A DNA stretch of 44,350 nt from a virus. Made by a program: the position numbers and the translations under genes. The notes under the pieces were generated by a model that had not been told where the DNA came from, did no database searches, and saw nothing but the letters and a program-made list of their open reading frames with translations. The DNA lies in the UHGV virus genome UHGV-0187309; one strand, given 5' to 3'. Below are positions 1-8,169 of the stretch, in pieces (positions within the stretch are counted from its first letter, which is position 1; every line of letters begins with the position of its first letter).

Positions 1-344
1 TTACCTTTCTTAGAGATAACAGTGAGGACTCGACACTGCGATAATGATGCAGTTTTTAATCCTAAACCAAATCTTCCAAGGTCATTTGTAGCTCTTATAT
101 CTAATGGATTTCTGCTTCCATATTGCATAGCTTTATCAATTTCAGGTGCATCCATACCGTTACCATTATCTAGCACAGCTATGTAAGCATCACCGACAGG
201 GAAGAAAAATATATCTATATTCTCAGAGCAGGCAGCAATACTATTATCGATAATATCTGCTATTGCTGCATCTAACGTATAACCGATTGCCCTTGTAGAT
301 TCAATCAATGTGGGTGCATATGGCGGTAGTTCTATAGTGTGCAT
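1..344 (-). CDS. GHKL (Bergerat-fold, HATPase_c_3-like) ATPase, N-terminal fragment; gene continues past the left window edge
   Basis: Own reverse-strand translation from ATG 344..342: MHTIELPPYAPTLIESTRAIGYTLDAAIADIIDNSIAACSENIDIFFFPVGDAYIAVLDNGNGMDAPEIDKAMQYGSRNPLDIRATNDLGRFGLGLKTASLSQCRVLTVISKKG. GHKL N box (IIDNSIAA), G1 box (DNGNGM), G2 box (GRFGLGLK). GGAGGGAG RBS 5 nt upstream. Absent from the ORF track because no stop lies inside the window. Confidence 0.6.
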   Translation of the reverse strand, partial: MHTIELPPYAPTLIESTRAIGYTLDAAIADIIDNSIAACSENIDIFFFPVGDAYIAVLDNGNGMDAPEIDKAMQYGSRNPLDIRATNDLGRFGLGLKTASLSQCRVLTVISKKG

Positions 345-400
345 ATTTTCTCCCTCCAGTATAGATATAATTTGCGAACGGGTAAAATACCCCATAATCT

Positions 401-429
401 ACTATACCACAATCTGCTGATTTTTTCAA
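401..429 (-). promoter_or_regulatory. sigma70-type promoter for the GHKL ATPase gene
   Basis: Reverse strand reads TTGAAA (429..424), 17-nt spacer, TGgTATAGT (extended -10; hexamer 406..401), about 55 nt upstream of ATG 344. Confidence 0.45.
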
Positions 430-524
430 TACACGATCCGCACTTTTTCAGAAAAAAGTAGGTGTTTTGTTTCCTTTCATTTTGTAAAGAGTTACTTTTT
501 TCTCTTGACAAATCATGATAAGAT

Positions 525-574
525 GCGAAAAACTCTGTGCAAGCATCGGACATCAGTGTCCATTTGCACAGAGT
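525..574 (-). terminator. rho-independent terminator after the 608..1705 gene
   Basis: Perfect 11-bp stem ACTCTGTGCAA (532..542) / TTGCACAGAGT (564..574) with an inner GGACA/TGTCC stem, followed on the minus strand by TTTTTCGC. Confidence 0.5.
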
Positions 575-607
575 CTTATTCTATGATTTACTTTCTCTAC
601 GGACTTA

Positions 608-1705
608 TCACTCCGAATACTCTCTCGCCATCTCTTTTATCTTCTCAACCATCATATCGCTGATGCAGCTTCCGATCTTCTCTAAAGTGTCCTCGTCCAT
701 CAACCAGAAACCTTTCTTATTAAGGTGTGCATCAAGTATCTTATACATTTTCCACATATGCGGCTGATAACACTCTGGTATATCGCTGATGCAGGTCGGC
801 TCTATGTTTTCATCGGGATAAACGCCGCCATTGATCTTCAGCTTACCCTCGTTAGCGGCATTTACAAATAATATCGTCAGATCGTCTGTGAGCAATTTTG
901 CGAAGTAGTGGGCAAGCGCATACTCATCAATGGTGTGCGAATAGTAGTAAAGCGTTGCTTCAAGAAAATCCTCTAACTGATTTACTATCCCGCCCCATAC
1001 ATCTGTTGTCCAGTCGAGCATTTCCGGATGATAGCTGTCACCGCCGGAGCGAATCGTATAGCTGACATGGTTTGCGATTACTTCTGCGATAAACTCCTGC
1101 CAGAACCAGTAGCCTTCCTGCTTTCGGCGTTCACTGCTGTATCTGCAGCCGTCGATTGCTGCATCATATAAAGGAGAATCATCTATCAGACCGGGTTCAT
1201 TATAACGGTGCAGATCATCTACCTCTGCATTGATAGTGTAGAAATGCCCAAGTTCATGCCAGAAGAAATGTTCAAAATAAACACGCAGCTCGAAGTCGTC
1301 ATGCACAGGCAAGTCTGCCACAAGCTCCCTGCGAATCAGAATCGCATTGCCTTTCTCACCGTGTATGTATTCCATGATGGAGTCAGGCGGTTCCTCTGTA
1401 TGAGGACAGCCGATGCTTTTGATGATCTTCTTTCTTGTCCGGGAATAACTGCTTGCAGTTGAAGTATACACCGGCGGAAACGGAATGCCGAGATCAGGCA
1501 TGATCTGCTCAAACTGCATCTTTGCCATTTCAGCCCAGTAAAGAATCGTTGCTTCGGGTATCGGGCGCGGCTTTGGCAGTTCAGCAGGATGTGCGGTATC
1601 TTCGCCGTTAGTACGCTCGGCAAATTCAAGCATACTCTTTACAAAATCAAGCGGCAAGCCTTTTTCTTCTGCCAGCTTCTGTGCTTCGACTTCAAGTTCA
1701 TTCAT
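608..1705 (-). CDS. hypothetical protein with HExxH metallopeptidase-like motif
   Basis: 365-aa ORF. AAGGAG RBS 8 nt upstream of the ATG (reverse strand). The only recognisable motif is FFWHELGHFY (HExxH). Has its own promoter and terminator. Confidence 0.7.
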   Translation of the reverse strand: MNELEVEAQKLAEEKGLPLDFVKSMLEFAERTNGEDTAHPAELPKPRPIPEATILYWAEMAKMQFEQIMPDLGIPFPPVYTSTASSYSRTRKKIIKSIGCPHTEEPPDSIMEYIHGEKGNAILIRRELVADLPVHDDFELRVYFEHFFWHELGHFYTINAEVDDLHRYNEPGLIDDSPLYDAAIDGCRYSSERRKQEGYWFWQEFIAEVIANHVSYTIRSGGDSYHPEMLDWTTDVWGGIVNQLEDFLEATLYYYSHTIDEYALAHYFAKLLTDDLTILFVNAANEGKLKINGGVYPDENIEPTCISDIPECYQPHMWKMYKILDAHLNKKGFWLMDEDTLEKIGSCISDMMVEKIKEMAREYSE

Positions 1706-1746
1706 GCGCTTTACTCCTTGTAAAATAGTACAATAATTTATTTTTT

Positions 1747-1775
1747 ATTATAGCACAATTGCCGCCTGTTTTCAA
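1747..1775 (-). promoter_or_regulatory. sigma70-type promoter for the HExxH gene
   Basis: Reverse strand: TTGAAA (1775..1770), 17 nt, gTGcTATAAT (extended -10; hexamer 1752..1747). Confidence 0.5.
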
Positions 1776-1796
1776 GCCTTTAGAGAGCGTTTTCAT

Positions 1797-1843
1797 ATAA
1801 AAACTCAGGCTCTGTGAGAAGACACTATACCTCTCACAGAGCC
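1797..1843 (-). terminator. rho-independent terminator after the SRAP gene
   Basis: Perfect 12-bp stem GGCTCTGTGAGA (1808..1819) / TCTCACAGAGCC (1832..1843), 12-nt loop, followed on the minus strand by TGAGTTTTTA. Begins 9 nt after the stop at 1852. Confidence 0.55.
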
Positions 1844-1851
1844 TCTATTCA

Positions 1852-2487
1852 TTATACAGCCTTTTCCATCACTACCTCAGTCAAAGCCCTCTTGCATATC
1901 TCAGCAGGATTCCCGTTCGGCTTTATCCAGCTTTCAACGTCCTCTCTACTCAGTATCACCGGCATTCGGTCGTGGATGCTTCTCAGTTCCTCGGTTGCGT
2001 CCCGTGTGATTACCGCAAACACCGGGCAATTAACTCCGTTTCTCTCCTCGATCCTATACAACAGCCCAGCAAGCAGCGTAGATTCGGCTCCTTTCGGCTG
2101 TATCAGGTATTTATCGCCAACCTTCTTCTTTTTCCCGTCCGGACTCCTGAAATGCTCCCATTCAAAGTACCAACTGCTCGGAATTACGCATCTACTTCGG
2201 AACCATGAGTCCTTCCACATTTCCTTCTGGTCAGCCGTTTCGAGGCGGCAGTTCACGATTGGAGCATCGGTCGCGTCATGACTGAAACCCCAGAGCATCG
2301 GAAAAACTTCCATTCTTCCGTCCTTATTCGGTGCTAAAACCGCAGCAACATCAGTCGGACGCAGTTCACCGGACATAAACAGCGGTTTGCCGAGTTTTAC
2401 CATGATAGTATTCGCTAGCTCCAGTTTCTGTGCCCGTGTGATCAGCGGAGCGAACTGAGCAGGCTCTACATAGAAGCGTGTACACAT
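1852..2487 (-). CDS. SOS-response-associated peptidase (SRAP / YedK-HMCES family, abasic-site processing)
   Basis: 211 aa starting MCTRFYV (catalytic Cys2). Family landmarks NCRLET, WFRSRCVIPSSWYFEWEH, IHDRMPVIL. Confidence 0.85.
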   Translation of the reverse strand: MCTRFYVEPAQFAPLITRAQKLELANTIMVKLGKPLFMSGELRPTDVAAVLAPNKDGRMEVFPMLWGFSHDATDAPIVNCRLETADQKEMWKDSWFRSRCVIPSSWYFEWEHFRSPDGKKKKVGDKYLIQPKGAESTLLAGLLYRIEERNGVNCPVFAVITRDATEELRSIHDRMPVILSREDVESWIKPNGNPAEICKRALTEVVMEKAV

Positions 2488-2501
2488 AAGACCACGACCT
2501 T

Positions 2502-3059
2502 TCAGCCTTCGATCATTCTCAGCTTATAGTGTTTTCGGCAGAGTGCTGTATAACTCTCATTACCGCCGAGCTGTACCTGTTCTCCCTCTGTGACCATTTC
2601 ACCGTTCAGGAGTCTTGCATTGAAGTGCGCTCTTTTGCCGCACCAGCAGATGGTCTTGATCTGCTCAATATCGTCTGCAAGCTCCATGAGCCGCTGTGCG
2701 CCGGGAAACAGATGACTCTGGAAGTCTGTCCGCAGGCCGTAGCAGATAACTGTGATGCCATGAAAATCCACAAGATCACTGAGCTTGTCTATCATTTCAG
2801 GTGACAGGAACTGCACCTCGTCAACGATGATACAGTCATAATGCTCACCATTATAGTCAGCAAGGAAGTTTTCAGCAAACTCGCAGGGTTCTTCAAGTCC
2901 GATGCGGGATTTTAGGTTCTTCGCACCGTCCCTGTCCTCGCATCTCGGCTTCAGCAGAAGCACTTTTTTGTCTCTCTCATAGTAGTTATATCGAACCATA
3001 AGCGCATTGGCGGTCTTGGAGCTGCCCATTGCGCCGTATCTGAATATCAGTTTTGCCAT
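2502..3059 (-). CDS. tdk: thymidine kinase
   Basis: 185 aa. P-loop GAMGSSKT, DEVQFL, C-terminal zinc/lasso region CWCGKRA...LCRKHY. Confidence 0.92.
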   Translation of the reverse strand: MAKLIFRYGAMGSSKTANALMVRYNYYERDKKVLLLKPRCEDRDGAKNLKSRIGLEEPCEFAENFLADYNGEHYDCIIVDEVQFLSPEMIDKLSDLVDFHGITVICYGLRTDFQSHLFPGAQRLMELADDIEQIKTICWCGKRAHFNARLLNGEMVTEGEQVQLGGNESYTALCRKHYKLRMIEG

Positions 3060-3064
3060 CTGCC

Positions 3065-3937
3065 TTACTCCTCATCGTCCTCGTGCATGACTTCATATCG
3101 CTTGATATCTCTCTTGCTTGCAATGGAAGCGGGTTCAAGGATACCGAGAACGCGCCCGATCAGAGTGACATTGTCATATTCTGTGAATGTCATGGTATCA
3201 TACTTATCATTAAACGATACCAGACCTTCTTCCTCATATATCTTTATGTATGTACTGTTTCCAACCATGAAAGCGCCGACCTCATCGTATTGCAGCTCCG
3301 GACAGCCGGGATACTTCTCCACAAGAACAAGGTCGCCGTCATGATACTCAGGCTCCATACTGTCGCCGTTGACAGGAAACACAAGGTCTGCCTGCCGTAT
3401 TGCTGTGTTCGTATTCGGATACAGATAGATCGGTGTTCCGTTGTCCTCAAACTCCGCCCCGCCGTCAAAGCCTGCTGCAAGCCCCTTGTCGCAGAGTGTC
3501 AGTTTGATGATCTCCGGGAAGCTGCCGACAGTCTCTGCCGCTTCAAGCGAGGATAGCAGACTGTCCATTGCAAGCTGGTGCGGATACGACAGTCCACGGT
3601 ATCTCTCTACCATAGACTTTTCCTTATCAGTATAGGTATCTTGCTTGTTTTCGATGCCATATAGTTCATACAGCGTGATACCAAGTGCGTCACATAGCTT
3701 AGGAACAACGCTGAAATCCGGGCGGGTTCTTCCGTTCTCCCAGTTACTGATAGCATTTGAGGTCACGCCGATTTTTTCTGCAATCACTTTCTGATCTAAT
3801 TTTAGACGCTCCCTGTAGTATTTGATGCGACCGCCAACCGCGTGAGCGTCCTTACGGTGGGCAGGATCAGAGATGTTACTCTTAATATCCTTGCCTCCCT
3901 GTGAGACTGAGATATTCGGTTTCTTACGCTGTTTCAT
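3065..3937 (-). CDS. CI-like phage repressor (XRE HTH + S24/LexA-type autopeptidase)
   Basis: HTH IKYYRERLKLDQKVIAEKIGVTSNAISNWENGRTRPD; S24 motif FPVNGDSMEPEYHDGDLVLVEK. Start placed at the second ATG (3937) because GGAGAG lies 7 nt upstream; the track ORF extends to 3955. Confidence 0.85.
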   Translation of the reverse strand: MKQRKKPNISVSQGGKDIKSNISDPAHRKDAHAVGGRIKYYRERLKLDQKVIAEKIGVTSNAISNWENGRTRPDFSVVPKLCDALGITLYELYGIENKQDTYTDKEKSMVERYRGLSYPHQLAMDSLLSSLEAAETVGSFPEIIKLTLCDKGLAAGFDGGAEFEDNGTPIYLYPNTNTAIRQADLVFPVNGDSMEPEYHDGDLVLVEKYPGCPELQYDEVGAFMVGNSTYIKIYEEEGLVSFNDKYDTMTFTEYDNVTLIGRVLGILEPASIASKRDIKRYEVMHEDDEE

Positions 3938-4097
3938 TACAAAGCTCTCCTTCAAGAATGTATGGGATAGTCAATCCTCAAAACGAACAAATATTCTTAT
4001 TGAAATCTGTGCAACCCTACAAAGTTTATCAAAGACTTTTCAACGCTGAAAACGTTAGAAATGCGAAATTTGGCGTAGGCATTGCATCTTTGATCAC

Positions 4098-4126
4098 ATT
4101 ATAGCACACAATCGGTGTTTTGTCAA
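4098..4126 (-). promoter_or_regulatory. consensus sigma70 promoter for the repressor operon
   Basis: Reverse strand: TTGACA (4126..4121), 17 nt, gTGcTATAAT (hexamer 4103..4098). Confidence 0.55.
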
Positions 4127-4131
4127 TACAA

Positions 4132-4147
4132 AATTGCACTTGCAATT
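4132..4147. promoter_or_regulatory. candidate operator: perfect palindrome AATTGCA-ct-TGCAATT
   Basis: 16-bp dyad overlapping the -35 of the rightward promoter and lying 6 bp from the -35 of the leftward one. A related half-site, ATTGCA, lies at about 4081..4086. Confidence 0.35.
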
Positions 4148-4168
4148 CGTTTGACGGTGTGATATAAT
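4140..4168 (+). promoter_or_regulatory. sigma70 promoter for the rightward (lytic-side) operon
   Basis: TTGCAA (4140..4145), 17 nt, TGaTATAAT (extended -10; hexamer 4163..4168). About 200-nt leader before ATG 4370. Confidence 0.5.
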
Positions 4169-4369
4169 AGCAATGTCGGTATTCCGCCTACAGGAAAATG
4201 AGACCGAAGGCTGGTGCAGTGTGTCCGTCTTAAGGTGTGTGACAGGACAGACTGCCGGTCAGAGTACCGACAACTTCGCCATCAACCCACTTCGCCACGA
4301 TAGATATACAGAACAATAGAATGGAGCTAATGTTGGAAATACCATAAGTTGCGAAACAGGAGGGCGTAA

Positions 4370-6298
4370 ATGACTATATATCTTGATAGAGGACCGTTTC
4401 TCACCATTCCCGACAAGCTGCATTCGGGGCAGTACAGAGTGATCCGCAACCCCGACTGGCACGGAGTACTGCCGGAGATCGTGTCCTTCACCGATTTTCT
4501 CAAATGGAATTACACACTGGAGTATGGTCAGTATATCCGCAAATTGCACTACTACCACCAGCTTCCGCTGCCGTGGGTCGTTCCACAGGATGCCGAGATA
4601 GAAACTGTCATCATCGAGGAAGGCAGATATGACCGCATTGATCACAATTCCTTTGATATGTATGTGATATGCGATGTCGTGTTCGAGATGAACGGCTGCC
4701 GGCAGTGCCAGAAGTATATCGTACACGGCTTTTACTGCTCTTACGGCGGTTCAGACTTTCTGTGCGGTGCGGAGCTCTACAATGGTCAGTTTATCCGGCT
4801 GAACAATCCCTTAGATGAGTTTCTGGTTCCCATCCTTTCAAAGAAAGAATTTGCAAGCATTGCACAAGCAATCATCGACCACTACTATTCATACAAATCG
4901 AATTATCCCTGCCGCATCAATACTGCTTCAATTGCAAAGGCAATGGGTCACGATATAAAGTATGCCAGACTGTCAAAAAACGGAAATGTCAAGTCCAAGC
5001 TGATCCTGGACAAGCGGGATACGACCGTCTATGATAAGGAATACAAAGCTGTCAAAATGCGGATCGACAGTCCTACGATCCTTGTGGACGAGTCATTGGA
5101 GGAGGATGAAGCGCAGAACGCCATTATTCATGAGTGCGTTCACGCTTACCTTCACAACCTCTTCTATGAGCTGCAGAGCTACTATCGGAAAATGGTCGGC
5201 AGGAAGATGCCGGAGTTCAATGACTACTTCTATTCCAAGACGCAGCGTAGCTGCCTGAAATGGATGGAAACACAGGCAAATGCCATCCCACGCTTTATTC
5301 AGATGCCGGAGGAGCAGGCATCCGATGTCATCCTGAACTTCTTCGAGCGACTCCCCGGAGAGCCTGACTGGGACGATTACAGAGAACTGATCGACCTTGT
5401 GAAATGGAAGTTCGGAGTATCCCGCAATGCTGCGAAGAAGCGTATCATTGAGCTTGGCTGGCCGGAGGTGCGCGGTGTGTATGTCTACAACACCACAGGA
5501 TATGTTGAGGACTACGATGTAGAGCTAAGATTCCCGCAGGACTATACCTATACACTGTCATTCCGCCAAATCTCTGATGTGTTTGCATCCTGCGAGACCT
5601 TCGCAGAGCTTGTCCGTTCCAAGAAGTTCATCTATCTGGACGGTCATGTTGTGATCAACAGCGACAGGTATATCCGCAAGGAACACGGCTTAGCTATGGG
5701 CTTGACAGAGTATGCTAGACACCACATGGCAGAGTGCTGTCTGGATTTCAAGCGTATCTACGCAGAATTCGACTACAGCTATACCTATGGCGAGCTACAC
5801 AAGGATGACCTGACCGAGATCACGGCCGAAAACCGTTCGTTCAGCGATGAACAGCGAAAGAAGATCCGCATGGCAATGTATGAGATCACAGAAGAAAACT
5901 ATAAACTGACCGTTCCTTCAGATGTCAACGAATTCGGCAAGGCGGTGCGTTTCCATATGGAGAGATGCGGTCTCACCTCGGATCTGGTTGCAGACCGCAG
6001 CGGCATGGGTGTGAACACTGTCAATAAGATGCGCAGTGGCAAGAGAGTGAAGCTCGAAACAGTGCTAGCTTTTTGTGTCGCTTTGGAGCTTGAAGAGTCG
6101 TTCCGCATTGACCTTATGCAGAAAGCGAAGGTTGATTATGATATGAGCAATCCTGCCCATCGGCTCTATGTCACGATCTTTGAGCTGATGCCGAAGGCAA
6201 ATGTCTTTCAGATCAACGATCTGCTGAAGGCAGAAGGCTTTACGCCGTGGACGAGGGACTGCGAGGAAAAGAAGCGGTATGCTAAGAAAAGTATGTAA
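4370..6298 (+). CDS. ImmA/IrrE (M78)-like HExxH metallopeptidase domain fused to a C-terminal XRE-type HTH
   Basis: 642 aa, AGGAGGG RBS. IIHECVHAYLH in the middle. C-terminal HTH FGKAVRFHMERCGLTSDLVADRSGMGVNTVNKMRSGKRVKLETVLAFCVAL. N-terminal ~230 aa unrecognised. Confidence 0.65.
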   Translation: MTIYLDRGPFLTIPDKLHSGQYRVIRNPDWHGVLPEIVSFTDFLKWNYTLEYGQYIRKLHYYHQLPLPWVVPQDAEIETVIIEEGRYDRIDHNSFDMYVICDVVFEMNGCRQCQKYIVHGFYCSYGGSDFLCGAELYNGQFIRLNNPLDEFLVPILSKKEFASIAQAIIDHYYSYKSNYPCRINTASIAKAMGHDIKYARLSKNGNVKSKLILDKRDTTVYDKEYKAVKMRIDSPTILVDESLEEDEAQNAIIHECVHAYLHNLFYELQSYYRKMVGRKMPEFNDYFYSKTQRSCLKWMETQANAIPRFIQMPEEQASDVILNFFERLPGEPDWDDYRELIDLVKWKFGVSRNAAKKRIIELGWPEVRGVYVYNTTGYVEDYDVELRFPQDYTYTLSFRQISDVFASCETFAELVRSKKFIYLDGHVVINSDRYIRKEHGLAMGLTEYARHHMAECCLDFKRIYAEFDYSYTYGELHKDDLTEITAENRSFSDEQRKKIRMAMYEITEENYKLTVPSDVNEFGKAVRFHMERCGLTSDLVADRSGMGVNTVNKMRSGKRVKLETVLAFCVALELEESFRIDLMQKAKVDYDMSNPAHRLYVTIFELMPKANVFQINDLLKAEGFTPWTRDCEEKKRYAKKSM

Positions 6299-6311
6299 TA
6301 ACGGCATTTTC

Positions 6312-6337
6312 AGGAGGCTTTCGAGCCTCCTTTTTTT
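6312..6337 (+). terminator. rho-independent terminator
   Basis: AGGAGGC tttcga GCCTCCT followed by TTTTTT, 14 nt after the stop at 6298. Confidence 0.7.
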
Positions 6338-6555
6338 ATGCCCTGAAATATTTTCATGAAGCCCCCAGAAAAAATGGGGGCGATTTGCGTTTTTGAAATA
6401 GTTTAGAGACAGAATGTTCATAGAATATCCATTTAATTTAGATGATATGAACAAGTGAAGATGATATATCAAAGTTGAGATAAGCACAGTGCATAAAAAG
6501 CAGCCCCCATTTTTTATGTATGTAAAAGAAGATTCGGATATGTTATGATATAGAC

Positions 6556-6721
6556 ACGGTCAAGGACAGGCACCACCTTCCAAGACTGAAACACCACAAT
6601 GCCGGATGCATACGGCAGAGGATGTTCATATGATATCTGAACAGAATGCCATAGGTATACCCTGTGGTCGGAAGCCGATGTCATATGTCTACTCTGTGCT
6701 ATGCATCCGGCTATTTTTTTT
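6556..6721 (+). ncRNA. candidate small RNA (extended -10 promoter to long-hairpin terminator)
   Basis: TGtTATGAT at 6541..6549. About 110-nt imperfect hairpin closed by GCCGGATGCATA (6601..6612) / TATGCATCCGGC (6700..6711), with inner CAGAG/CTCTG and CATATGA/TCATATG pairs, then TATTTTTTTT. No plausible ORF inside (longest is 13 codons). Confidence 0.3.
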
Positions 6722-6946
6722 GCCGCGGCATTCGGAGCATGGCAATTAGATCATTACATTTGTTAGTCAGGGCGCGCACTGGCGGACAGATGCTCATAGC
6801 GGAAATAACATCACGATTTGGAGTCTGTATAGACTGACAAGGTGTATTTCGTGTGGACATCGTCCCCTGCGTGCCTTTTTCTCTGGGACAGCAGTCGCGT
6901 TATGGGCATCTGCCGCTTGGTGTGTTCCTTGCAGAAAGGAACGATT

Positions 6947-7669
6947 ATGGAAAACGCAAATGTTCAGAATGCTGCCGCTATCACCGATAAGACCACCCTC
7001 GGCGAACTGCTTGCAATGCTTGACCTCGCTGATAAGGCAGGCAAGATGCCGACACCGAGAGAACTGTTTGAGACTGCCGGTTCGCCGATAGCCGATATGA
7101 ATGGCTGCACTCTCTTCAGCAACGGCTTCGCCATCTATCAGAATGTCACTGGGCGCACTGTTGTCTGGCTGCCGTACTGCAAGAGCTTCACCTATTACTT
7201 CGGCAAGCTCCGTGATTCCGAGAAAGACACGCTGACAGAGACCTATGAGCTGCCGGATGGATTTCTGGAAACACAGCCGTGGGTGATCGCAGTAACACTG
7301 ATCGGCGACCATCGTGTGGAGGCAAACAGCATGAACCGCACCGGCAGCCGCAAGGATACCACAGATTATGACAGCGCCGATAACGGCGATAAAGACGGTG
7401 ATGCAGAGGAGGCTTTGGCAGATCCGTATCGCAGGGCATTCAACTGGTATGACGGACGCATGGGCGAGAATCCGCAGGATGCCGTGGAGCGCAGAGAGAC
7501 ACGCGAGGAGATGCTTGCAGACATGACGGACAAGCAGCGTGAAGCCTTTATTATGTACTTCAGGGATGGTATGACGCAGGAAGAGATTGCTTCATATATA
7601 GGGGTAAGCCGTGATTCCATAAATGACAGGCTTGAAGGTGCTTTGAAAAAAGCAAAAAAATATTTTTAG
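6947..7669 (+). CDS. sigma-70 region-4-like HTH protein (possible phage sigma/transcription factor)
   Basis: Start at Met36 of the track ORF (AAAGGAA RBS). C-terminus TDKQREAFIMYFRDGMTQEEIASYIGVSRDSINDRLEGALKKAKK resembles sigma-70 region 4. N-terminal 190 aa unrecognised. Confidence 0.55.
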   Translation: MENANVQNAAAITDKTTLGELLAMLDLADKAGKMPTPRELFETAGSPIADMNGCTLFSNGFAIYQNVTGRTVVWLPYCKSFTYYFGKLRDSEKDTLTETYELPDGFLETQPWVIAVTLIGDHRVEANSMNRTGSRKDTTDYDSADNGDKDGDAEEALADPYRRAFNWYDGRMGENPQDAVERRETREEMLADMTDKQREAFIMYFRDGMTQEEIASYIGVSRDSINDRLEGALKKAKKYF

Positions 7670-7759
7670 GATACCCACAAAAAGACCTCTCCCACGACAG
7701 TATATGAGAGGGCTTGAAAAGAAACCAAACCGCAAGCGGCTGCAAAGCCCTCGCAGCCG
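7669..7759 (+). promoter_or_regulatory. copy 1 of a two-copy structured element (box + conserved-loop hairpin + second hairpin)
   Basis: GGATACCCACAAAA, then CCTCTC-ccacgacagtatat-GAGAGG, then CAAACC..AAGCGG and CGGCTGC/GCAGCCG (7737..7759). The first 44 nt are 40/44 identical to 21496..21539. Confidence 0.6.
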
Positions 7760-7806
7760 AACCATTATTACATCGGTCGAAAGACCTGAACAGAAAGGAA
7801 ATGCTT

Positions 7807-8169
7807 ATGCCTATGGAAAACAGAGTCCCGAAAAACCGCTACAACGGCGGTGCCGCAACCGATGCCGACAAGCAGGACAAGCCCGATGTGCTGAAGATGA
7901 TCGAAACGGCAATGGACAAGCGTGCGGCGGGCATCGCACAGACGGTCACGGATATGTTCCGTTTCATGTCGATGGCATCTGCCATGCTCCCGAATATGGA
8001 GATGGATGTCGGTGTGTTCCGTCTGAAGATCGACGATGACGGCATCTTTTTCGAGATCAACCATCCGTTCCGCAAGCGCAAGCAGCGTGATATCTCCAAT
8101 GACTGCTGTGCCGAGGAGCCGGACAACTATGATGATGACGAGGAGGGACTGATTTATGACGGAGACTGA
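7807..8169 (+). CDS. hypothetical protein (acidic C-terminus)
   Basis: ORF-track frame. ATG 7807 lies 6 nt after AAAGGAA; alternative ATGs at 7801 and 7813. Confidence 0.55.
   Translation: MPMENRVPKNRYNGGAATDADKQDKPDVLKMIETAMDKRAAGIAQTVTDMFRFMSMASAMLPNMEMDVGVFRLKIDDDGIFFEINHPFRKRKQRDISNDCCAEEPDNYDDDEEGLIYDGD

Noticed and set aside
4175-4271. Nested pairings in the ~200-nt leader of the rightward operon (GTCGGTA/TACCGAC, GACCG/CGGTC, CAGTgTGTCC/GGACAgACTG)
   Set aside because: The helices are short and separated by very asymmetric internal loops (20 nt versus 4 nt). Without energy calculation or covariation I cannot distinguish this from chance.
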